A stretch of 62,718 nt of DNA from IMG/VR virus record IMGVR_UViG_3300015365_000054. One strand, written 5' to 3'. The notes under the pieces were generated by a model, which was given only the letters and a program-made list of their open reading frames with translations, did no database searches and was not told the origin of the DNA. Position 1 is the first letter of the stretch. Each line of letters starts with the position of its first letter. The DNA is from a virus (lineage: Duplodnaviria; Heunggongvirae; Uroviricota; Caudoviricetes). The translations under genes were made by a program, and so were the position numbers. Positions 47,652 to 58,000 of the stretch are shown one piece after another.

Positions 47652-50216
47652 TTAGTACCACGAAGTTCCCGGTGGAGATGCTGCTATACATCCCTTGTTG
47701 TCTCTTACTAACCAGTATGGATTTCCCGTGCCATTATATAGGGACACAACGTCAATATAAGAATTACTTGGTATAGCGTACCCCTTTATCATTGTATTGA
47801 TATTGTTCGTAGTAGGATCATATGTTGATCGCGCATATGGTTCAACAAAATAAATTGTTGATGGAGTAGAAGACCACAAATATAATGTAAATGCACTTGC
47901 GTTATATATTCTATATGCTAATCCATTATTTGTGGATGTTGATAGTGCAGGGAGACTCCAGTTACCATCTGCGGTTCCTGTATATATCAGATTTCCTATT
48001 TGACTGGTTGTTAATGATACTGTTGCAGTAGTGTCGGCGGAAACGGGTTCACTGCTAGACGAAGAACCACCGCCAGCACCAAGATCACCTTCACTCACCC
48101 AAGTCGAACCACCGCCAGTTGATGCTGTGCATATCCATCCTTTTGGTTGTCCATTTGCTGGTGTATCATTTAATACTCTACTACCAACTTTCCATCCACC
48201 ATTGGATGGTGGTGAGCTGGCATACAATATAGTCTTACCATCCAATGATATGGATTTAATTGATGTCTGATTTGGTGTACCGATATTACCCGCAACAAAT
48301 GAGCAATCACCGATTTTAAATGATGGTACCAATGAACATAATACACCAACTTTCATTGTTCCTGTCTGTGAAGGAATTACTGTCTGTGTTACAAAATGTA
48401 TTCCCGTTGATGCATATACTCTCTGATATACTATTGGTTGTGTAACACCAGCACCGGATAATAATGGGGCAACATAGGCAGAAGAAGAACCAGTTAAGAC
48501 ATCAAGATAACATGAGAAGGTAAACGGCTTACCTACCATTGATGATGTTATTGTGAAGTTCTGATATATTTCATTATATGAGTTATTCGACCAAACAATA
48601 GTAGCAGCTTTGCCAAATGAGAAATAAGATGGATCAAACGATGAAGATGAAATTGTACCAGTAACATTCCATCCATATAATCCAGCTTCAAATGATGGAT
48701 TGATTAAAGAATTACTGCTGACTAACTGTGGTGTTGATGATCTTCTATTAGTTGTATCAATGTAGTCGGTTGCTCGCATGAACACTTGTTCAATAATTAT
48801 ATTCCCTGCTGAATTGGTTGGGATAACATTTGCCCCAATTGACGAAATGAGTTTTTTGATTCTCACTGAAGACAGTGCATCAACATTTAAATGTGAAGAG
48901 AATGAATAACTACTAGACCAATCTTGTGTCATAAACACATCAAATATGACTTCACCACAACGATATATGTATGTGTTTTGTGTTATACCGGAATTCTCAA
49001 GATATCCTTTGAATTGTGCATGATTAACGGATTGTAATACAATGGCATTACCATTATATACTCCACCATTATTTGCATCCGGCATTTCTAACCAAATATT
49101 TTCTATAACAACTTCTTCACACACGTTGCATTTTATGGCAGGTTTAATTGAATTACATGCGCCTTCTATCAGAATGTTGTATAGTATGTTTCCATTAGAA
49201 GCTGCACCCATAGACCCCATAGGACCTAAAGCAAATGCGTCTATTAGTATAATTGCGTTCGTAGTTGTCCCAGCTGTACCACCATCATCTTTATCGATAT
49301 TTGATATGTAATTTCTATTTCCGGATAGATGTAGCATTTGCTCAACTGATCCATTCCTTACTAATACGTGATCTATTATGCATGATTGAGTATATGTCGC
49401 AAGGGATAATCCATATTTACTATCCAAGTAAATGTCTCTTATCTCGCTTTCCCCAAGATATCCACATGTAGTTTTGATTGCCCATGCATCAGACAACAAT
49501 TCGTAAGGGGGATTTTTCGCCGTCTGTAATCCTATGTTTTTAATAGATACTGAACTAACACCGGGGAACATCCTAGTAACAGTACCTGTACCAAAAGTAG
49601 TAACATCTAAATTAGGTGCAAGCGTAAAGGTATCACCTACTTGAGGTGTACCGCCATTCCAAGATCCAGTATTGACGCTGACACTATTTCCATTCCAACC
49701 AGTGATTGTGGCTAGGGTGTTCCATTGTTGAGTTGTTGTGCTTCCCAATGATGTAATTATAAAATTTGGTGATGCACCTTGAGCCGATGTGGGAATAGCA
49801 TTAACTGTATATGATACAGTATGATCAATGGCTGGACATAATTTGATAAGTTGCTTGATATTTACATTATTGGTGAATATTAAGCTACTAAGACCTTCGC
49901 CATATAGATTCTGACCACTACTAACCCAAAGAGATGAACTTATTAAATATTTCCCTCTAGGAAAGAATATATTGACACTTACATCAGTCCATACCCCACT
50001 ACTATAATATGTCCTAAAGTCATCAAGACATGCATTTATAGCAGCTGTGTCATCCGTAACACCATCACCTCTAGCCCCATAATCCTTTACTGATATGAAA
50101 ATTGGATTGGTTCCAATATTTGCACTTACCCAAGATGCACCATTCCATTTCCACGAATTACTTCCTGATGTATAAGTTTGCCCTAATGATGGGCTTGCTG
50201 GAAAGTTTATTGACAT
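47652..50216 (-). CDS. Tailspike: anchor module, pectate-lyase-3-like beta-helix and CBM-like domain
   Basis: MSINFPASPSLGQTY..WKWNGASW; SVKDYGARGDGVTDDTAAIN; FFPRGKY; LINPSFE.G..GW; TATAAATA at 50242-50249. Confidence 0.8.
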   Translation of the reverse strand: MSINFPASPSLGQTYTSGSNSWKWNGASWVSANIGTNPIFISVKDYGARGDGVTDDTAAINACLDDFRTYYSSGVWTDVSVNIFFPRGKYLISSSLWVSSGQNLYGEGLSSLIFTNNVNIKQLIKLCPAIDHTVSYTVNAIPTSAQGASPNFIITSLGSTTTQQWNTLATITGWNGNSVSVNTGSWNGGTPQVGDTFTLAPNLDVTTFGTGTVTRMFPGVSSVSIKNIGLQTAKNPPYELLSDAWAIKTTCGYLGESEIRDIYLDSKYGLSLATYTQSCIIDHVLVRNGSVEQMLHLSGNRNYISNIDKDDGGTAGTTTNAIILIDAFALGPMGSMGAASNGNILYNILIEGACNSIKPAIKCNVCEEVVIENIWLEMPDANNGGVYNGNAIVLQSVNHAQFKGYLENSGITQNTYIYRCGEVIFDVFMTQDWSSSYSFSSHLNVDALSSVRIKKLISSIGANVIPTNSAGNIIIEQVFMRATDYIDTTNRRSSTPQLVSSNSLINPSFEAGLYGWNVTGTISSSSFDPSYFSFGKAATIVWSNNSYNEIYQNFTITSSMVGKPFTFSCYLDVLTGSSSAYVAPLLSGAGVTQPIVYQRVYASTGIHFVTQTVIPSQTGTMKVGVLCSLVPSFKIGDCSFVAGNIGTPNQTSIKSISLDGKTILYASSPPSNGGWKVGSRVLNDTPANGQPKGWICTASTGGGSTWVSEGDLGAGGGSSSSSEPVSADTTATVSLTTSQIGNLIYTGTADGNWSLPALSTSTNNGLAYRIYNASAFTLYLWSSTPSTIYFVEPYARSTYDPTTNNINTMIKGYAIPSNSYIDVVSLYNGTGNPYWLVRDNKGCIAASPPGTSWY

Positions 50217-50260
50217 GCTAACATCTCTTTATATTTTATAATATTTATATAAGAAAAAAC

Positions 50261-50332
50261 TTGACAACAAATATATCCATCTGTATAATAGACTATGTTG
50301 CCGTTAATGAATAATATTAATTAATATATTAA
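50261..50332 (+). repeat. Copy B of the 56-bp exact repeat (50277-50332), part of a consensus sigma70 promoter on the plus strand
   Basis: TTGACA (50261-66), N17, TATAAT (50284-89). Bases 50277-50332 are identical to 12273-12328. Confidence 0.9.
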
Positions 50333-52068
50333 TAGATAGCATATAAATTTGCATGGAAGTACATTGGGGTTGAACTTGGGGTGTATGAACTCTTCACCTC
50401 AACCTGCAACTTATCCCCATTACGGGCATCTACGTAGTAATTAACATCCCCAGTCAATTTAACTGATGCTGGTGTGCCAATATTCCATGTAAATGTGGTT
50501 AATGTTGTCCCTGCACCATTTTTGATCGTAACAATGGCATCAGCTGAACTATATGCTTGTCCAGTATAAGCAATTGGGTATAATTCGAATTCAGATATTC
50601 TTACTGGAGGAACTTTAACCTCATAGGTTGTTCCGGCAGCTGTATTTATGGCTAAAGTATTTGCTTCTATGGCAAAACATAGAGCATGTTTTTGTTGTGT
50701 GATATGGCGATGTATTCCAAGATGACCATATGTGGAAGAACCAAAATTCATCCACTGAGAGTCATATGCTCTATATGTACCATCTAATCCAATACCACAA
50801 TTAGTGAACATAAACATAGGAGACGCACCAACATTATATGGTGCGCCAGTAACATTAAATGTGCTGGATGTGCTAGTTACAAATTCAGGCTCAATATCAC
50901 AAGCATTTGCTATTATTAATAATTCTCTTTCCGTCGCACCATTAACATTATGTGATATTCTGTAGTTTTCCATGGCAACACAGCTTCTAAGCTCAATGCA
51001 TCCTGCGCCATACCAAGTAAACATTTTATATGATTCTGGTGATACGATAGAAAATCCACCCATTGAGCATGAATCGTATATTAATTTGATATATGCTGGT
51101 TCGTTTATTTTTTCCACCATCAACGATTGTGGACGCATTTCGAATCTTGTCTGGTGGAATGTCACACATGGGAAATTACCACCACCAAATGTGTTCTGAT
51201 CAGCACCAGATGGAACTTTGATCACTCTGGCATTTGGTGAATTGTCTAATGGAATAACACTACCCTGCGAATACAGGATACTTGATCCCTTTTGGAATTC
51301 AAATATTGTTCCAGTGAAATTTTCCGTATCAGATGCATAGAATCTCCAATTCACGGATTGGTTATTGATTAATCTGAACGCACAGTCATTAAAATTCTCA
51401 AATTTGCAATTAAAGAATGTATTTTCTGATGCATTTGCCGCACCACTAGTCGCAGTTGGCATATAAAACAATTGAGTAAAGTTTGTGAATTTACAATTGG
51501 TGAATCTCATTCCTTGAGCAGTTCCAGTACTGTTATAGTACATGAAGTTTCTATTGGTTGCTGTTTTCCATGCAGTACTATCACTGTCATTGACGTTTGT
51601 GGTGAATTGTATATCAGAGAAATCAGTGAATCCAAATATGTCATTATTGTATATGAGATAATTACCAGATCCGGTTCCTGTGAAGATTATCTGGGTGACA
51701 CCTTCTTTGCCTTCTCCGGTAATTTTAAATGCACCAGCATATAATCCTTGAAATAGTGTGTTTGGTGCAGAAACTTTATATCTTCCTCTTGGGAAGTGCA
51801 CATGCGCGGTATGTAATCTCCAGCCTAAACCAGTATTAAGATCGGTAGCGGGTGCTAGTGCATATGCAGCAGCAAGAGCAGATTGTATGGCTGCACTATC
51901 ATCCGTAACACCATCACCTTTGGCACCATATACTTTCACATTTATGGTGGTATCTAGGGTGTATTGATTACCATTACTCACCCAAGAGGCACCATCCCAC
52001 TTCCATGAATTATTTCCTGATGTGTAGGTTTGTCCTAATGATGGTCCTGCTGGGAAATTTATTGCCAT
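50329..52068 (-). CDS. Tailspike: anchor module plus pectate-lyase-3-like beta-helix
   Basis: MAINFPAGPSLGQTY..WKWDGASW; NVKVYGAKGDGVTDDSAAIQ; HFPRGRY. Confidence 0.8.
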   Translation of the reverse strand: MAINFPAGPSLGQTYTSGNNSWKWDGASWVSNGNQYTLDTTINVKVYGAKGDGVTDDSAAIQSALAAAYALAPATDLNTGLGWRLHTAHVHFPRGRYKVSAPNTLFQGLYAGAFKITGEGKEGVTQIIFTGTGSGNYLIYNNDIFGFTDFSDIQFTTNVNDSDSTAWKTATNRNFMYYNSTGTAQGMRFTNCKFTNFTQLFYMPTATSGAANASENTFFNCKFENFNDCAFRLINNQSVNWRFYASDTENFTGTIFEFQKGSSILYSQGSVIPLDNSPNARVIKVPSGADQNTFGGGNFPCVTFHQTRFEMRPQSLMVEKINEPAYIKLIYDSCSMGGFSIVSPESYKMFTWYGAGCIELRSCVAMENYRISHNVNGATERELLIIANACDIEPEFVTSTSSTFNVTGAPYNVGASPMFMFTNCGIGLDGTYRAYDSQWMNFGSSTYGHLGIHRHITQQKHALCFAIEANTLAINTAAGTTYEVKVPPVRISEFELYPIAYTGQAYSSADAIVTIKNGAGTTLTTFTWNIGTPASVKLTGDVNYYVDARNGDKLQVEVKSSYTPSSTPMYFHANLYAIY

Positions 52069-52077
52069 ATTACACCT

Positions 52078-55000
52078 TTATACCTGAATCCACTGAGAGC
52101 TAGTAACAGACCTACAGAAACGAAGTATCTGTCCTGCTGCCATATTTATGTTAGATGAACCCGTTAATCTGAATGTATCTGCTCCGGAAGCAGAATGTAC
52201 TATGGTTAAATTATCATTACCCGCTTCAATTAATAAGTCACCATTTCTAGATAAATCAGCAGAAGTAAAGGTCGCTTTATTTACAGTTGTACCTGATGAT
52301 GCTGGAGTGACTGTGACTTTAGTATATCCAGTAACATCTATAGTCTGATTTGTTCCAGAAGGAGTAAATGCTGATGGAGTTCCATATTTCATTGTTCCAG
52401 TAACAAATTTACCTGCTTGTATTGATCCAACAGAAAACGCAGATACCCCAGAATCATATGTTGTTCCTATGCGTGGTATTGTATATGTTCCACCACCAGA
52501 ATAATATGTGGATATTCCAGCAGCGTAAAATGCTCCGGTGGTATCGACAAATGATCCATTAACGCTAGAATATAAGTATGGGGTGTATGCGGATAATGTA
52601 CCATCTCCATTAGGAACACCGCTACCATTAAATATTGTAGCCACGTTTAATTTTATCGGATTATATACTCCATATGTACCATTAGTTGCGCTTAATCCGG
52701 TGTAATTAGATTGTCCTCTAGCTGTAATATATGATTCGAAGGAACTTGACATTCCTGCTCTATCTATTTTTCCACCATTAAATTCGACAATTTTATACGC
52801 AGTCTGTAATCTAACTCCACATTTAGTGAAATGTTCAATGTTGCAGTTTGTCAATAATACTTCGCAATAGCTAGTAGTTATATACGAAGTCATGCTTTGG
52901 GATACATATGTTCCACCAACAGTAACAGTATACACTAATGGGTTTCCACCAACATTAGTCGCAGTAATTTTACCTAAACTTGTACCATCAGACGATCTCA
53001 CCCATTCATCCACGCTTAATGATCCAGAAGATAATGTTAATGTTGTTCCTGTGCAAGAAGCAGTAAATCTTTTGTTTATGAAATCTGCTTGGAAACCATC
53101 AGTTGAGGTTGGATCTTGATTAAATACTCCCCAATAATCGCCTTGGTTTAGCCCATTACATCCAATCAAGTTAGTAACACCATCGAGACGATATCCGGCT
53201 TTTCCTGTACCACACACTGCGGCATAGCAGTTCAACCAGACACAAGTGTTACTGCAACTTACTCTAAATGAGTGTCCATTTGTAGAACTGGCAACAATAC
53301 TGTCGAATTTATTAGAGAACCCACCATTAATATAGAACGCATCGCCTTTTGATCTGATGGCTAATCTCTCAAACCTAGAGTTATAAACATCAACTAATCC
53401 AAGATCTACTCCAATACCAGTATTTCCCCCACTCCATATACCAGTATTATTATCATACACAGTATCACCATCATATATCGCAAAATCTCTCCAGTGGCTA
53501 TTGAATGATGCAGTACTTTCTGGGACAGCTTTAAATATCGAATAACCTGCGTATCCAGTAAATTTAGCCACAAATTGGGTGTTTTGAACCCCATCACCAT
53601 ATATATTGCATGTGTAATTCGGGAAAATTATTGGTTTTGTAAGTAAATATGTCCCAGCCGGAGCATATGCAGCAGAAACTCTTGCTCCAGTTGTAGCAGA
53701 TGAACTGGTCGAATGGTAATTCACCCATGCTTGAACAGCATCAGTATCATTGTTTATTCCATCTGCAAATGCACCGAAATCTTGTGGGGTTACTGCTCCA
53801 TGCTCTGGCGCAAAGGTAACATGTCCACCCCAAGTGTTGCAGTAAATAAATCTGTTATTTTTTCTTACGACATTTTCAACTCTATCGAGAGTACACATTC
53901 CACCAATATTATTGGTTATTGTGATGTTTTGTGGGTAAGAAGTATCAGCATAACCCCAAACAAGCACCCCATTTCCACCATGACTTATATTCCCATCAAT
54001 AAGAACATTACATGGAATTATATCTCCCATGGTTAATCCTTTATCTGGTGCTTGTTGTAATCCAACAACGCTTATCGCTGTGGGGAATCCACGCCCAAGA
54101 TTACTCTTCATTGTATTATGAGCCACAACAGAATCTGTTCCTATACCATAAAGATCAATAATACCATCGATTACTGTATTGTTGATTATTTTGTTTCTTC
54201 TAACATCAGTTTCGATTGTAACAAGATCACCAGCAGTAACTTTTCTAAATTGTGTATTATACCACCATTGCTGACCACCACTGAAATCATCACCTAACGT
54301 AACTGTATTACTAGTTGATGCTGTGATTTTAAATGACTGTCCCTTTAAGCTACCAGATAAGAATTTTAATACTCGTCCTTTGACTATATCAGTTGCGCCT
54401 ATCGTATTAGATAAAGTGACAACATTTGCGCTTACTGGATTGATACTGGACGCTACAGTAGTACTACTCATATAAGCCGCACCACCACCATCAAAGCTTA
54501 TCCCTTCTTCTGAGCTGAACGAACATATATTATCCGAAATAATATTGTCGGTCATAGGAATATCATAATATGTGTGGGTTATAGGTGCTGGCATAAAGAT
54601 AATATTAACATGCCCACCAGTTATCCTATTATTCTTGATTACATTCCTTGATCCACCCAAAAATGCAACTGCCCACATGCGAGGATGATTCGTTAATGTT
54701 ATATTGGACGTTGATAGGAATGCTTCTTGCGCCTCACCATAATTAGCATTGTATGATCCTTGTGCCACTGCGGTAATTACCATACCAACTTTGTATGTGA
54801 TGCCAGATGTACCCACTATTGTATTCCAATTTGCTTGTGCACCACTATCTGATCCTATATCAGTAATTCTATATGTTTTACCGACCACAAATTGGTTTAT
54901 TGATGAATCAGTGCCTGGTTTTATTATTGCTTTATAAATCCCCTGATCATCTTTCCCATACCTAAGTTTGTATTTGTATGGGGCTGATATTGGACATACG

Positions 55001-58000
55001 CCATCATATGTCAATGTGACGTTGCCATTTGTCGCTGATCCAGATAAATGTGTTGGGGCTGTTGTGCTAAGTTTAGCATCACCAGTAACTGCGGTAACCC
55101 TATAATAATGTCTTGTTCCGCTAATAACAGCATCACTAATGATACTATCCCCATACTTCATTGCTGATCCTGTGCACCAATTCCATGGATATGACCAAAT
55201 AATACCTACCCACTCACCTTTATCGGTATATAAATTGGTGTTGTATGGTCTTAATAGGGAATTTGTGGTTACAGTCAATCCGGCAAATTCATCAGATGTA
55301 TTTGTTGTGATTGTACCATTGGTATTTGTTATTGTGGCTGAAATCTGGCTAGTTATATCCCAATCATTACCAGACACCTCAGAATCATCGGTTGCTGCAA
55401 TATATGCCAATGCTTTAGGATAGTCTGGGTTGATTGATCCGCGCTTATTGTTCTTTATTTTTATTCTTTGTGGATATGTCTCATGGAAACCAACACCAGT
55501 ACTAATATCATATGTAGGTTCGTGGTTGAGAACATTTACTGCCACATCTTGCCAGTTGTAGTTTAGATTCGTGACTGGATCATTTTGTCTATTCCAATCA
55601 AACGTGTTGTTAATGACATGCCAGTCATTCTTATTATAATAAGAATTCAGAGTCACATCAATCAACGTTAATCCATTGACAATGGTGCCATTACCAAGAT
55701 GTAGGTATATTGAACTTGTGGCTGTGATTGTACCACCACCAGTAATTTCTATGTTGTCTGGAAGTGTCACATCAGATGTTAATTTGATAGTTAATGTTGG
55801 TTTGATTATTAATTTATTGATGCCAGATGTACGGACAAAATCAAGTGCTTGTTGGAAGAATGGAGTGTCATCACTGACACCATCACCCTTAACACCAAAT
55901 TGTTCTATAGAAACATGTGGTTTATTGACGAATCCACCAAAAGTCGAACCCAATAATAATGAATTTAAATCCATCCATTCATTTGATTCTTCTGTCACAT
56001 TTGTAACATTACCCAAATAACATGAACCACCACGATTTCCTGTGATAGTTACATTTTTCATTTTATATGCAGATGCACCAAAAGTATCTACTTTGATACT
56101 ATTCAAACCAGTATATTTGTTATTGGTAATGATTACATTATATGGATTTATCGCACCAACAGCACTACCCAGCACAGTACTTGTCCTTGATGCTGTTGCT
56201 GTTGGCAATCCAACTACAGCTATACCATATACACCACCACCATTTAAACTTGGCACATTGCTTAACATTATTGTGTTGCCATCAATGATAGTATCCGCAC
56301 CACTACCCCAACATGATATACCTGCTGTGCCAGCATTGAGCGTATTGATAATGCTATTGTTTATTATTCTGTTTCTGCGCATATCAATTTCAAGAGTAAT
56401 CACATCCCCAATAGCAACATCATATCCATATGATAATCCGGGGAAGTCATCGCCTAATTGAATCGAATTTGCGGCAGCGGAATATATAATGCTGAACGAT
56501 TTACCTTTAAGTCTACCACTCATGAATGTGGCAACTAAGCCAATAACCTCACCCGCATCTGATCCACGATTATCTGCCATAGTTAACACTACAGGATATC
56601 CACCACCAGAATTGGAATTGGTTACAGTTGTTGTCATGTAAACTGCACCATATGATGCATTACCACGACAATCTATACCGATACTTTCTTCATTGATTTC
56701 TTTTATAGTATTATTGGAAATGATATTATCTGTAATAGGTGTACGGGATACATTAGTATTAGGCATCAATATAACACCAGTAATACCACCAATGAATGTA
56801 TTGTTTGTTATTATGTTTCTTGACCCACCACCCAAATAGACACCAGAACTGTAATTGGTACGAGCAAATATGGTAACATTTGTTCTATTTGTTATTGTGT
56901 TTGGATTACTATCTGCCACAACTGTCCATGTATTATCGCCTGTTTTTGCAGTAATAATACCAATATGAGTTCCATCGGATAGATATAGTCTTAAATTATT
57001 GTTTGGATTTAATGATGGCGCACCAACAGTGGTTAATGTGCCAGTTGATGTTGGAGATCCAGCAGTCAAGTTACAATTATATAAGGATATCGCACCATTA
57101 TCCCAATAGTTATTAGATACATCAGAATCATACATGGTATCAGCATATATGAACATTATTGGTGTACCCGTGATCTTTTTATTTCCACTTATTGTTAATC
57201 TTTTTGGTCCAGTCCCAAATCCAGCATTTATATTGATTGCTCTATCTATAGTCAAATATGCCTGATTGTATTCAAATGTGTTATCTGTAATTGATATGTC
57301 ATTTTGATCATATGGTATATCCAATGCCATATCTTTTAGATACATGTTGGATACTTTAGAACCAGTGTTTAAGTGTATCCAGCGTGTTCCACCGGATTGA
57401 AGTGACGTTATTCTTCCACCATAAATCTCAACTCCACTTGGAATTGTAATATGAGAGCTTACTGCGCAATCTCCATCAATTCTAATACGCTTGTTATTAG
57501 AGTTGGCTGCTGCGGATAGAGCAGTATTAATTGCCACAGTATCATCAGATATACCATCACCAATAGCACCAAAATCTTTTGTCGATATGCTTCTATCAGC
57601 TGTTATTTTCATATGCACAGTTGATAATGTTGATCCGCTGCTTGGGTTATTTGCAGTTGAGTATCGTGCGAAGTTGTTTCCATATTGCAAGAAATCAGTT
57701 AATGGTCCAAGCAGACAATAACTTCCTTTGTTATTGACGAGTGTGATATTTCGCATTTGTGCACTCGCTTCAGACGTACCGAAATCATTAATGGAATAGA
57801 ATGCTATTGACCCACTGACGATATTATCAGAAACGATTAAATTAGATGGAGCAAGATAACAATAGTGTCCACCAAGAAGTGTGCTGTTTTTTACAGCATA
57901 AGTAAACATAGATGTAATATCAATTCCGGATCCTGTATATGGATATGATCCATATTTGCTTCCAATAAGGGTATTGTGTGATATTTGGCTATCAGATCCA

